From positions 420,763 through 484,762 of the forward strand of contig CAVTEM010000007.1 of NCBI GenBank assembly GCA_963733845.1: a DNA stretch of 64,000 nt. Reading direction: 5' to 3'. Made by a program: the position numbers and the translations under genes. The notes below the pieces were generated by a model. It saw only the letters and a program-made list of their open reading frames with translations. It was not told the origin of the DNA and did no database searches. This DNA is from an uncultured Actinomycetes bacterium. Lineage in GTDB: Bacteria > Actinomycetota > Thermoleophilia > Gaiellales > Gaiellaceae. The first letter of the stretch is position 1, and every line of letters starts with the position of its first letter. This document shows, in pieces, positions 1-11,055 of this stretch.

Positions 1-818
1 TCGACCGAGACGAAGAACCGCTCGAGATCGTTCGAGACCGTCTTCGCGCCGTGGTAGACGGTCGGCGTGCGGTTGTGGTTGCAGTGGTAGCCGGCGAGCT
101 CGGCCTTCGAGGCTCTCGATCGAGCCGCGGCGGAGGAGCATCCGCCGGCTCAGGTTCGAGTCGACGTGCCAGCCGAGCAGCATCTCCTCGTCGAAGCCGT
201 CGATCGCGACGAAGTCGTCGCGCAGGACGAGCTGGAAGTCGCCGGGCGCGTCGAAGCGGATCCACTCGTGGCTCAGCGTCGGCTCGTCCAGGCGCAGGCC
301 CGGGCCGAGCCGCTCGATCTCGGCCAGCGCCGCGTCGCGGATCGCTCCTCGGAAGCCGCTCCCACAGCCACTCCGGAAGCTCGAACCGCGGCAGGCCGTA
401 GAACCCGTCGGGGAGGTCGCCGCAGATCTCGCTCAGGCTCCGGTCCGACGAGCGGCAGGAAGATCATGTCGGTGTTCGTCGAGAGCAGCCAGCGGTTCGA
501 CGGGTTCGCGCGGCGCACGGCGGCGTTCCGGGCCACGGGCTCGAGCGCGGGCAGGTGCGTGCGCGCGGCGAAGCGCTCCTCGTGGATCGCGGCCGGCACG
601 CGGAGGACGCGAAGCAGGTCGAGGCAGCGCTCGGTGAGCGTGTCCGCGAGCGCCTCGACGAACGTCGGCAGCTCGTCGGGCGTGTTGTAGTCGACGAAGA
701 CGATCTCGTCGTCGGGGTCGGTGAGGACCTCGGCGAGGCAGTTCAGGCTCAGCGCCGCGCGCCGGTGGAGGTTGTAGCCGTGCGCGTCGTTCCGGCCGTA
801 GAGGAGGACCGAGATCAC
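1..818 (-). CDS. Putative glycosyltransferase-like protein; 3' end outside window; frame-disrupted as given
   Basis: ORF 273..818 has a GTG start and a GTGA overlap with the upstream stop at 815. It reads MISVLLYGRNDAHGYNLHRRAALSLNCLAEVL..FVDYNTPDE..STNTDMIFLP. Below about 440 the protein-like reading hops to the other minus frames: SEICGDLPDGFYGLPRFELPEWLWERL, then AALAEIERLGPGLRLDEPTLSHEWIRFDAPGDFQLVLRDDFVAIDGFDEEMLLGWHVDSNL, then ELAGYHCNHNRTPTVYHGAKTVSNDLERFFVSV. That is at least 3 frame switches. Only GT-A-like acidic motifs are visible; the family is not firmly recognised. Confidence 0.5.
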
Positions 819-1877
819 GGGCGCTGCGCGCGCCGCGCCGGCCGAGCATCAGCGTCGAGGCGACGGCCGGCGAGCGAGGCGCGCGCGGCTGCCGCCAGCT
901 CGTCGTAGATCCAGGCGTACGTCTTCTCCAGCCCGACGGCGAGCGGCGTGCTCGGCTCCCAGCCGAGGCGCTCGCGGATGAGCGTGTTGTCCGAGTTCCG
1001 CCCGCGAACGCCCTTCGGCGCGTCGAGGTTGTAGCGGCGCTTCAGCCGCACGCCGGCGATCTCCTCGACGATGTCGACGAGCTGGTTGATCGTCACCAGC
1101 TCGGACGAGCCGAGGTTGATCGGCTCGCGGATGTCGCTCTCCATGATCCGCGTCGTTCCGTACAGGCAGTCGTCGATGTACATGAAGCTGCGCGTCTGCT
1201 CGCCGTCGCCCCAGATCTCGATCTCGTCGCGTGCCGGCGAGCTTCGCCTCGGCGACCTTGCGGCAGATCGCGGCCGGCGCCTTCTCGCGCCCGCCGTCGT
1301 ACGTCCCGTGCGGCCCGTAGACGTTGTGGTAGCGCGCGACCCGCGTCTCGATCCCGAAGTCGTCGTAGAAGTTGCGGCACATGCGCTCCGAGAAGAGCTT
1401 CTCCCAGCCGTAGCCGTCCTCGGGCAGCGCCGGGTAGGCGTCCTCCTCGCGCAGCGCGGTGACGTCGGCGTCGCGCTGGAGGTCGACGTTGTAGATGCAG
1501 GCCGACGAGGAGAAGAAGTGCCGCTGGACGCCCTGCGTCCTTGCCGGCCATCAGCAGGTGCGTGTTGATCAGCACGGAGATCATGCAGGCGGCCCGGTTC
1601 GCCTCGATGAACCCCATCCCGCCCATGTCGCAGGCGAGGTTGTAGACGTGCGCGACGCCGCGGACCGCGTCCTGGCAGGCGTCGAGCGAGCGGAGGTCGG
1701 CGACGCGGTTGTCGACGCCGCGGGAGCACCTGGTACCACTCGTCGAGCGGCTTGATGTCGATCGCGCGCAGCTCCGTGTAGCCGTTCTCCTGCAGGTAGC
1801 GCACGAGCCAGCCGCCGATGAAGCCGCCGGCGCCGGCGACGAGGATCGGATCGGTGCGCGAGATCGCTTGCCTCCAT
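815..1877 (-). CDS. GDP-mannose 3,5-epimerase-like NAD-dependent epimerase (frame-disrupted as given)
   Basis: Pieces from three minus frames assemble into one SDR. They are ILVAGAGGFIGGWLVRYLQENGYTELRAIDIKPLDEWYQ, MGGMGFIEANRAACMISVLINTHLLMA (ORF 1093..1626), MCRNFYDDFGIETRVARYHNVYGPHGTYDGGREKAPAAICRKVAEAKL (ORF 849..1382) and EIEIWGDGEQTRSFMYIDDCLYGTTRIMESDIREPINLGSSELV..APKGVRGRNSDNTLIRERLGWEP (ORF 815..1804). The GDGxQTRSF and GVRGRNSDN blocks match my memory of GDP-mannose 3,5-epimerase. GGAGGA lies 6 nt upstream of the ATG at 1877. At least 4 frame switches. Confidence 0.75.
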
Positions 1878-1879
1878 GG

Positions 1880-3228
1880 TCATCCTCCTCTGTACGCGCT
1901 CAGACCGGGCTGCCGCCTCGAGCGGCCGGCCGAGCCGGACGATGTCGATCGGTTCGCCGTACGTCGTCGTCGGGAGCAGCCGCCAGCAGTCGATCACGAC
2001 GGGTCGCTGTCCCGTCGAGCGCGTCGAGTCGGAAGCTCGGCGAACTCCGGCCACGGCGTCGCGATCACGACCACGTCGGACGTTCGAGCAGCTCGGCGGC
2101 CGACGCCGCACCGCGCGCGAGCCCGCCGAGCGCCTGCGAGCGCCGCCTCGATGGCGACCGGGTCGTAGACGATGACCTCGTAGCCGGCCTCGCCGAGCAG
2201 CCGGGCGAGCGCGACGCCGGGGCTCTCCTCGATCACGCCGGTGTCGGGCTTGTACGAGAGCCCGAGGATGCCGACGCAGTCGCCGGCCTCGAGCCGCGAC
2301 TGCACGATGCGGGCGAGCCGATCGGTCTGGGCGACGTTGACCGCGTCGGTCGCCTCGGCGAGGAGCGGCTCGGCGCCGAGGTCGCGCGCGAGCACGGCGA
2401 ACGCCTTGTTGTCGCGCGGGAAGCACGGCCCGCCGTAGGCGATCGCCCCGCGCAGGTACTTGCGGCCGATCCGGGTGTCCAGGCCGAGCGCGTCGGTGAC
2501 GGCCTCGACGTCGGCGCCCGGAAGCCGCTCGCACATGTCGGCGAGCGCGTTCGCGTACGAGATCTTCATCGTCACGTACGTGTTGACCGCGATCTTCGTC
2601 AGCTCGGCGTTGACGAGGCTCATCCGCCGGAACGGCGGATCGTTCTCGCAGACGCCCGCGGTAGAGCCGCTCGTGCACGTCGCCTGCGCGCGAGTCCGAC
2701 TCTCCGATCAGCACCATGTCCGGCTCGAGCATGTCGCGGATGACGTTGCCGAGCGCGATGAACTCCGGGCTGTAGCAGAGGCCGAGGGTCTCGCCGACGC
2801 GGCGGCCCGATGCGCGCTCGAGCGCCGGCGCGAATCTCCGCGCTCGCACGAGCCGGGCATGACCGTGCTGCCGACGACCACGAGGTGGTACTCGTCGCGT
2901 CCGCGCGAGCCCTCGCCCGACCTCCTCGAGCGCGGCGAGGACGTGCTCGTTCGAGAATGCTCCACGCTCGTCCGACGGCGTCGGCACGAGCAGGATCGTC
3001 ACGTCCGCGTCGGCCGCGGCGGCGAGATCCGTCGTCGCGCTCAGCCGCTCGCGCGAGCCGGAGACGAGCTCCTGCAGCCCGGGCTCCTCGACGGGCGCGC
3101 GACCCTCGTTCAGCAGCTCGGACGGCCTCCGGGTTCACGTCGATGCCGAGAACCTCGTTGCCCTTGCTCGCGAGCACGGCCGCGAGCGGCGCGCCGAGCT
3201 TTCCGAGTCCGACGACGGCGACCTGCAT
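1880..3228 (-). CDS. Nucleotide-sugar dehydrogenase (UDP-glucose/GDP-mannose dehydrogenase family; frame-disrupted as given)
   Basis: MQVAVVGLGKLGAPLAAVLASKGNEVLGIDVN (ORF 2620..3228) carries the GxGxxG motif. GLCYSPEFIALGNVIRDMLEPDMVLIGESD lies in the ORF 1581..3002 frame. MSLVNAELTKIAVNTYVTMKISYANALADMCE..AIAYGGPCFPRDNKAF..GILGLSYKPDTGVIEESPG (ORF 1994..2623) carries the catalytic GGxCFPxD block and the C-terminal nucleotide-binding block. The 3' end is approximate. Confidence 0.75.
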
Positions 3229-3233
3229 CAGCG

Positions 3234-4078
3234 CTACGGCGGCTTCCGCCGTGATCGAGCAGGTGCCAGCCGAACCGGCGCTCGAAGGCGCGGAAGAGCG
3301 GCTCGGGCATCCAGCGGAAGTACGGCTCCTTCACGTAGCGGTACTCGACGTAGTCGCGGATCCGGTACGGGAAGACGTGGTCGACGTGACACGTCCTGGA
3401 CGCGGAAGCCGCTCCGCTCGACGAGCTCGCGGCCCTGCTCCGCGCGTGTAGCTGAACGTGACCGGGCAGCCGGTCTGCGCCTCGGAGTGCTTCGCGACGA
3501 GCTCGTCCGTCTTCCAGAAGCGGCCGCGCCCCTGCGCGGCGACGATCCAGAAGACCTTCCACGAGCGGCGGTGGTAGACCATCAGCTTCAGCGTCCCGCC
3601 CGGCGCCGTCAGCGCGCGGATCTCCGCGAGCGCCCGCTCGGGATGCGGCGTGTGGTGGACGACGCCGAACGAGTAGACGAGGTCGTACGGCTCGCTCGTC
3701 GAGCGCCGACGTCAGCTCCTCGGCGTTCGCCTGGACGAAGCGGATGCGGTCGGCGACGCCCATCACCTCCGCGCGCTGCTCGGCGATGCGGAGCGACTCG
3801 CTCGAGAGGTCGACCGCCGTCAGCTCGGCGCCGGCGCGGGCGAAGTTGATCGAGTCGGTGCCGATGCCGCAGCCCACCTCGAGCACGCGCTTGCCCGCCC
3901 AGCGCTCGAACTCGGCGAAGGCGGGGATGTGCGGCTCGACGAGGTACTTGCGCGCCTCGACCTCGTCGAAGTACTCCCGCGACCCGACCGGCTTCGGCGA
4001 GTGGCGGATGTTGCAGGGACGCGCGTCCCAGTACTGCTGGACGTCGGCGATGGACTTGTCTGTCGAGCTTCGGACCAT
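3234..4078 (-). CDS. Class I SAM-dependent methyltransferase (frame-disrupted as given)
   Basis: MVRSSTDKSIADVQQYWDARPCNIRHS..KRVLEVGCGIGTDSINFARAGAELTAVDLS..IRFVQANAEEL carries motif I. A frame switch then leads to EPYDLVYSFGVVHHTPHPERALAEIRALTAPGGTLKLMVYHRRSWKVFWI..GCPVTFSYTR (ORF 3331..3582 frame), then VDHVFPYRIRDYVEYRYVKEPYFRWMPEPLFRAFERRFGWHLL. The stop position is uncertain. Confidence 0.7.
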
Positions 4079-4177
4079 GCGAGTTCTCGCGGGCAGATTG
4101 TGACAGTCGGCGACGCGTTTCCGCGTGCCCGGCGGCGGCGAGACCGTAGTCGAGGCTACCGAATACTCTTCTGCCCG

Positions 4178-5130
4178 ATGAACGAGGATTTCGCCGGGAG
4201 ACGCGAGCGTCAGTCCGTCGTCGAGGCGCGCGATACGCCACCTCACCCGATTTTCAGCACGTTCCCACCATGGGCCGGGTCGGTCGAGCCTGGCTGGGAC
4301 GTCAACTTTCTCGGCGTTCGCACACGAGTGGGTTTCTTCTCGGTCTACGCCCGGCTCGCCGACTATCCGCGGGGTCGCAGGATCGTGGCGCCGACGCCCG
4401 TCCCGAACGAGGACTATTCGAGTGGATCGCTTTACTCGAGGCGGTATCGGAGGCACGAGGCTCATTCACAATGGTCGAGCTCGGCGCCGGATGGGGCAGA
4501 TGGATAGTCAACGGGATCGGCGCGTTACGGGCGCACGGCGGGCTCCCGTACCACGTTGTGGGTGTGGAAGCCGAGCCAACGCACTTCAGTTGGATGAAGC
4601 AACATCTCATCGACAACGACGTCGACCTTCGGCGAGCCATGCTCATCGAAGGAGCTGTTGCAGACGCTGACGGCGATGTCTGGTTCCACGTCGGCGAGGC
4701 GGAAGACTGGTACGGTCAGAGGATCGCGCGCCCCGAGGAAGTCGCTAGAGACGAGGGCGGCGAGGATCTCGATCGCTCCGCAGGCGCCGCCTCGCCGAGC
4801 CAAAGATGCGGTCGAGCAGTAGAGCGCGTGCGTGCTGTGAGCGTTCGAACCGTGCTTCAGGATCTCGATCGAGTCGACCTGCTCGACGTCGACATCCAAG
4901 GCGATGAAGCGAGCACCCTCGTACCGGCAGGCGACGTGCTGAACGCCAAGGTCAGGCGCGCGTATGTCGGCACACACGATCGTGCGAACGAGGATGACCT
5001 TCGCGCATTGTTTGGCGAGCCGGCTGGACGAGCGTCTACGACTTCCCCGGAGGCGGGACCTCCGAGACGCCGTCGGGGTCGCATCAAGTTCGAAGACGGG
5101 GCCCAGCTATGGCTAAATCCCGAGCTCTAG
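4178..5130 (+). CDS. FkbM-family-like methyltransferase (frame-disrupted as given)
   Basis: The ATG at 4178 opens MNEDFAGRRERQSVVEARDTPPHPIFSTFPPWAGSVEPGWDVNFLGVRTRVGFFSVYARL (ORF 3929..4507 frame). There is a switch near 4425 to FEWIALLEAVSEARGSFTMVELGAGWGRWIVNG..YHVVGVEAEPTHFSWMKQHL..RVDLLDVDIQGDE (ORF 4270..5130). The ELGAGxG ... D(I/V)(Q/E)GxE layout is what I associate with Methyltransf_21/FkbM. Divergent from the methyltransferase at 4078. Confidence 0.7.
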
Positions 5131-5180
5131 CCTCAGCGTGTGGCGCCGGCGTGGCCCTCGCGCACGGACGGCCGTAAAGG

Positions 5181-6972
5181 CTAGGCCGCCCTGGGCTCGA
5201 CTCTGTAGATCATCACCCATACATGAACGCCGTCCGATTCCAGCAGGGCGGGCGACTGTAGACGTGGCTTGTAGCCTGCACGTCCGAGAGCCGTAGCGGC
5301 GCCCTTGCACCCCGGCTGGGCGCAGAGCAGCACGATCCGCTCCGGCTTGAAGACCGACATGCGGTACTGGAACGTGCCGTCGACCGCGGGCATCCGGGTG
5401 TCGAGGAACGTGAACGCGTAGTAGTAGAGCGACTGGATCGACCCGATCCCGCTTGCGGTTTCGCTCCCGTCGTACCAGGTGAGAGGAAGGTCCTTCTCGT
5501 AGCCGTTGGTACGCAGATGCGCGATGAGCTTCTGACCCACGTCGTAGAGCCCACCCGTGCGGGGATCCGATACGCCGTACGAGAGCGTTGTGTTGCTCCC
5601 GTCCACTCCGTAAGCCGCGGCGAAGAACGCCGCGACGACGGCGGCTGCCGCAAGCGCCCGTAATCGTGGAATGCGAGCCAAGGCAGCGAGGAGAAGCGCG
5701 AGTCCCATCACGATCGAACATCGCGACGTACGTGTCGTCGCGGTAGCCGGTCGCCGTCCGGAGCGCGGAGTCGCTTCGGTAGATCCAGACGACCGGCCCG
5801 AGGACCGCGACCGCGCAGGCGATCCCGATGAGAAGCGATCGTCGTGAGACCGCCCTTCCTCCGATCAGCACGGCCGCGGCCGCCGTGAGGCAGAAAAGCG
5901 TCGGCACGAGGAAGGAGCTGAAGTAGTACGTGAGGTTGAACAGCCACCCCTCGCCAAGGAACTGCCACGCGGCAAACGCGGCGTACAGGAGCGCCAGCCA
6001 AAGCGTCGCCGCAGCGAGCACGCGTCGAGCGAGGCGATCGCTTCTCGGACCGACCGCGAGGACGACCGCAGCGAACAACACGACGAAGAGCGGCACCCAG
6101 AAGAAGGGAGACAGCGGGAGCCACGCGTCGACGGGAATCTGGTTGTACCCGCCGGAGGTTTGGCGGACGACCCGAACCTGCGGCATGAAGAAGAGGAACT
6201 CCTCGCCGTTCGTCTTGGCGAAGAGGCCGCCGGCCACGAGCAGCACGACCGCCCCGACCGCGAACGCAGCGAGGTCGAGAGCGAATTGTCCGAGCCGGTA
6301 AGCCCAGCGCATGTCCCCGCTCACGGCGAGGTAGAGCAGCGGAAGCCCGACGAGATAGACGACGTCGATGATGCGGGTCGTGACCATGGCGGCGGCGAAG
6401 AAGCCGCCGAGTGCGAGGCTCGCCGGCCGCAGTACGGAGGACTGCGTCCGCACCAGTGAGAAGGCGTAGGCGCCGATCATGTAGGTCAGCACGCCGCCCT
6501 CCTGGTAATCCCAGCGGTGAGCGCCGAAGTACATCTGCGAGCCGATCAACGCCACATAGCCAATCGCCGCCGCCGGGACGCCCAGCCAGCGTCGGCAAAG
6601 CACGTAGAAGAGCACTCCGCCGCCCAGGAAGAACGACGTGTGGAGGACGAGCGCCGCGGTTCGCGCGTCGTCGAAGATCCCGTTGAGGACGTATCCGGGA
6701 ACGATCCACGGGACGCGTGAGATGTAGTACGTGCGCGGGAACGACTCGTAGATCTGGTCGAAATTCGTCCACAGCGCCGTGTACAGCCATGGATCGATCG
6801 TGCCGAACGGGTTGTAGAGCGGAGCCTTCGTCCACACGTAGACCAACGCGGTCGCAGCGGTCAGGGTGGCCAGCACTGCGAGGTCGAGTGCAATCGCCCG
6901 AACGCGGGCGGCGCTGACAACGCGCCTCGCTAGACCGGTACCCCGCTCCGCCGGCACCGCTTCAACTCTCAT
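5181..6972 (-). CDS. Large polytopic membrane protein with C-terminal extracytoplasmic domain (possible GT-C-type transferase/polymerase; family not recognised)
   Basis: The ATG at 6972 opens MRVEAVPAERG. A long run of hydrophobic segments follows: LAVLATLTAATALVYVW, LVLHTSFFLGGGVLFYVL, AAAIGYVALIGSQMYF, LGGFFAAAMVTT, VVYLVGLPLLYLAV, AAFAVGAVVLLVAGGLF, FWVPLFVVLFAAVVLAV, LWLALLYAAFAAW and more. There is one frame switch near 5710 into ORF 5181..5711, a soluble tail reading GSNTTLSYGVSDPRTGGLYDVGQKLIAHLRTNGYEKDLPLTWYDG. Divergent from the GtrB-like GT2 at 7058. Confidence 0.65.
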
Positions 6973-7057
6973 GAAGGCGTGGCCATCTCGAAGGGGCCGA
7001 TCGTAGAGCAGCGACAGGAGGATCGGTGCATCGCCCTTGAGGCATACTGGCCCGCGC

Positions 7058-8096
7058 ATGGCGGCACGCCCCACGGCAGCCCCGCAACGTTCACCATCGA
7101 CCGCAGGGCATGAGGCCTCGAGCGCGTCGCGAGAGGTGCTGGATTTGTCGATCGTCGTGCCCGTGCACGACGAGGAGGACAACGTCGCGCCGCTCCACGA
7201 GGCGCTCACGACGGCGCTCCGCGAGCTCGGCCGCAGCTACGAGATCATCGTCGTCGACGACGGGAGCCGCGACGACACCTATCAGAGGCTCGTGCGGCTG
7301 GCCGACGCAGATGACGCGCTCAAGCTGATCCAGCTGCGCCGGAACTTCGGCCAGACCGCGGCGATGGCGGCCGGCTTCGACCATGCCGCGCGGCGACATC
7401 GTCATCCCGATGGACGGCGACTTGCAGAACGACCCCGCCGACATCCCGCGCCTGCTCGCCAAGCTGGAGGAAGGCTACGACGTGGTGAGCGGCTGGCGGA
7501 AGGACCGCCAGGACAGCGCCGTCCGCCGGCTCCCGTCACGCGTAGCGAACTGGTTGATCGGCCGCGTGACCGGCGTACGGCTGCACGACTACGGCTGCAC
7601 GCTGAAGGCATATCGCGCCGACGTGATCGCGGAGACGCGCCTCTACGGCGAGATGCACCGCTTCCTGCCCGCGCTGGCGGCGCAGGCAGGTGCCCGCATC
7701 GCCGAGATTCCCGTCCAGCACCATCCGCGAGTCGCCGGCCGAAGCAAGTACGGACTGAGGCGCACGTTCAAGGTCCTGCTCGACCTCCTGACCGTGAAGT
7801 TCCTCTCGGTCTGGTCGACCAAGCCCAGCTACGTCTTCGGCGGCAGCGGTGTGATCCTCTGCTTCCTCGGCTCGCTGTTCGTCCTCTGGACCGCATACGA
7901 GCGGATCGTGAACGGGATCTACGTGTACAGGCAGCCCTCGCTGCTCGTCGGCGTCTTCCTGTTCACGATCGGGATCAACCTGGTCCTCCTGGGACTCCTG
8001 GCCGAGCTGATCGTCAGGACGTACCACGAGTCGCAGGCGAAGCCCACGTACCTCGTCCGCGAGGCCCGCAACTTCGAGGAGGCCCCGCGTGCGTAG
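7058..8096 (+). CDS. GT2 polyprenyl-phosphate sugar synthase-like glycosyltransferase (GtrB/DPM1-like; one frame switch)
   Basis: LDLSIVVPVHDEEDNVAPLHEAL..YEIIVVDDGSRDDT..LIQLRRNFGQTAAMAAGFDHA is followed by a switch near 7385. ORF 7383..8096 then reads RGDIVIPMDGDLQNDPADIPRLLAKLEEGYDVVSGWRKDRQD..YGCTLKAYR and ends with two C-terminal TM helices (GVILCFLGSLFVLW; LLVGVFLFTIGINLVLLGLLAELI). Confidence 0.8.
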
Positions 8097-8113
8097 CTGC
8101 GAGAGTCGCTGAC

Positions 8114-10040
8114 GTGTGCGGCATTTGCGGGATCGTCGGGCGGCACGGCCCGATTGACGAGCAGGCGCTGCGGCGCATGACAGCTGCCATCCGGCACCGA
8201 GGGCCCGGACGACGAAGGTTTCTACGTCGCGCCGGGCGAAGCCGGGAGCGCCGTCGGGCTCGGCTTCCGACGGCTGTCGATCATCGACCTCGTGACCGGC
8301 AACCAGCCGATGCCCAACGAGGACGGGTCGGTCAGGTCGTCTTCAACGGCGAGATCTACAACTACCGCGAGCTCCGAGCCGAGCTCGGGTCGCGGGGGCA
8401 CCGGTTCGCCACCGACTCCGACACCGAGGTGATCGTCCACCTGTACGAGGAGCTCGGGCCGGCGCTTCGTCGAGCGGCTCAACGGCATGTTCGCGCTCGC
8501 CCTGTGGGACGCACGCAGCGGCGAGCTCGTGCTCGCGCGCGACCGGTTCGGGAAGAAGCCGCTGTACTACGCCGACCTCGGCGACGGCCTGGTCTTCGCG
8601 TCGGAGCTGAAGGCGCTCCTGCGAGCACCCGCGCTGCCCGACGCGAGCTGGACTTCGAGGCGCTCGCCCGCTACCTCGCGCTCGAGTACGTCCCGACGCC
8701 TTACTCGATCTTCGGCGGCGTCCGGAAGCTGCCCGGCGGCCACGTCCTCCGCTGGCGAGACGGCACGGTCTCGATCGAGCGAGTACTGGGATCTTCGGCT
8801 CGACCCCGACGAGCCGCCCCGCCCGGACGAGCGAGTACGTCGACGAGTTCCGACGAGCTTCTCCGCGCAGCCGTTCGCCGCCGGCTGATCAGCGACGTCC
8901 CGCTCGGCGCATTCCTGAGCGGCGGGATCGACTCGAGCTCGGTCGTCGCGATGATGGTCGACGCGCTCCCCGCCGGGGCAGTGAAGACCTTCTCGATCGG
9001 CTTCGAGGAGCCGAGCTTCGACGAGTCGGCACATGCGCGACGCGTCGCGGCGCACTTCGGCACCGACCACCACGAGGAGGTGTTCACGCCCGGCGTGATG
9101 CTCGACACGCTCCCGACGGTCGTCGACTGGCTCGACGAGCCGTTCGGCGACGCGTCGATCCTGCCGACGTACCTGCTCTCGCGGTTCACGCGCGAGCACG
9201 TCACGGTCGCGCTCGGCGGCGACGGCGGCGACGAGCTGCTGGCGGGCTATCCGACGTTCCCGGCCGATCGCGTCGCCCGCTTCTATCGCGTGCCGCGGCT
9301 GCTGCACGCCAACGTGATCGTCCCGCTCGCGGACCGGCTGCCCGTCTCGACCGCGAACTTCAGCTTCGACTTCAAGCTCAAGCGCTTCCTGCGGGCGGCT
9401 GCGGCACGCGAGGACGTGCGGCACCCCGTCTGGCTCGGCTCGTTCACGCCCGACGAGCAGGCAGCGCTCCTCGACCGCAGCCCCGGGGATCCGTTCGTCG
9501 AGCAGCGGCGGGCGTTGGCGCAGGGCGGCTCCGACCGCGCTCGAAGGCTGATCTACCTGTACGCGAAGACGTACCTCCAGGACGACATCCTGGTGAAGGT
9601 CGACCGGGCGAGCATGGCGTGCTCGCTGGAGGTGCGGGCGCCGTTCCTCGACGTCGAGCTCGTCGAGTTTCTGTCCCGCGTTCCCTCGCGGCTCAAGCTC
9701 CGCCGCCTCGATACGAAGCATCTGCTCAAGCGCGCCATGGCCGACGTCCTCCCGCGGGCATCGCAAGCGTGCGAAGAAGGGCTTCGGTATCCCCGTCGCC
9801 GCCTGGTTCAAGGGTGAGCTGCGCGAGGCGCTGCAGGACGAGCTCTCACCGGAGCGCCTCCGCCGTCAAGGACTCTTCGAGCCGGCCGAGGTCGATCGGC
9901 TCGTCTCCGAGCACCTGTCCGGCCGGCGGGATCACCGCAAGCCGCTCTGGACGCTCTTCGTCTTCCAGCTCTGGCACCGGCAGTGGCTCGAGGGTCGCGC
10001 ATCCACACCTGCCCGCGAGTCGCGCGCGGTCACCGCGTAG
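8114..10040 (+). CDS. asnB: Asparagine synthase (glutamine-hydrolysing)-like amidotransferase (frame-disrupted as given)
   Basis: The GTG at 8114 is followed by CGICGIVG, the Ntn nucleophile Cys2. Other blocks are [68 protein letters not shown] (ORF 8487..8888), [22 protein letters not shown] (PP-loop SGGxDS) and [16 protein letters not shown]. The tail [49 protein letters not shown] is in another frame and ends at the TAG at 10038-10040. Confidence 0.8.
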
Positions 10041-10056
10041 CTATCCTCGCGCGCCG

Positions 10057-11053
10057 ATGAAGCGCCGCCTGGTCGAGGATCTGCTCTGCCCGCTTTCCTC
10101 CGATCCCCTGCAGCTCGCGAACGGCAGCGGCGAGGGGGCGGTCGAGAGCGCTGAGCTCGTCTGTGCCGGGTGCGGGCGACGCTGGGAGGTTCGGCACGGC
10201 GTGCCCAGGCTCGTTCCTCCCGACCTCGTCGAGCAGCAGCGGCGAACGGCTGCCGCGTTCGGGTTCGAGTGGCAGCACTTCGCCGAGATGCACCCGGAGT
10301 ACGAAGCGCAGTTCCTCGACTGGCTCCATCCGATCGGACGCGACTTCTTCCAGGGCAGGCGCGTTCTCGACGCCGGGTGCGGCACGGGCCGGCACGCCTT
10401 CTACGCCGCGCAGTACGGAGCAAGCGAGGTCGTCGGGCTCGACCTCAGCGACGCGGTCGAGACGGCGCGCAAGCGTCCTCGAGCCGTTCGACAACGCAGA
10501 AGTCGTCCAGGGCGATCTCCTGCGGCCGCCGTTTCGCGCGCCCGAGCGGGGCGGCGGCTTCGACCTCGTCTACTCGATCGGCGTGCTCCACCACCTCCCC
10601 GATCCGCAGGCGGGCTTTCGCTCGCTGCTGCGGTTCGTCCGTCCCGGCGGGACGATCGCGATCTGGGTGTACGGGCACGAGAACAACGGCTTCGTCCGGA
10701 ACGTGGTCGAGCCGCTTCGGCGCGGCTCGACGAAGATGCCCCCGCCGCTCCTTCGCGGCGTCGCGTGGCCCCTCGGTGCAGCCTTCCACGGGCTCGCGAA
10801 GGGCGTGTACCGGCCGCTCGCACGCACCGCCGTGGGAGCCTCGCTCCCGCTGAACGAGTACATGGCCAGCGTTGCCGACTTCAGCTTCCGGCAGAACTAC
10901 TCGATCGTGTTCGACCAGCTCGTCGCGCCGACGGCCGCCTACATCAGGGAAGACGAGATCCACGACTGGTTCGAGCAGAGCGGGCTCGAGGACGTGGTCA
11001 TCTCGCACCGGCACGGCAACTCGTGGCGCGGCCAGGGCCGCGTTCCGGCCTGA
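10057..11053 (+). CDS. SAM-dependent methyltransferase with N-terminal Trm112-like zinc-ribbon (one frame switch)
   Basis: MKRRLVEDLLCPLSSDPLQL..LVCAGCGRRWEVRHGVPRLVP is followed by RVLDAGCGTGRHAFYAAQYGASEVVGLDLSDAVE (motif I). There is a switch near 10480 into ORF 10163..11053: FDLVYSIGVLHHLPDPQAGFRSLLRFVRPGGTIAIWVYGHENNGF. Confidence 0.75.
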
Positions 11054-11055
11054 CG

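Noticed and set aside
4990-5080. Possible pair of compensating frameshifts in the FkbM-like gene tail (alternative reading GWTSVYDFPGGGTSETPSG), and a similar one near 13915-13945 (alternative AVIGRPITG)
   Set aside because: The given frame stays open and rejoins the same frame. In a genome this GC-rich all frames look protein-like over about 20 codons. Without an orthologue alignment I cannot distinguish a double indel from coincidence.
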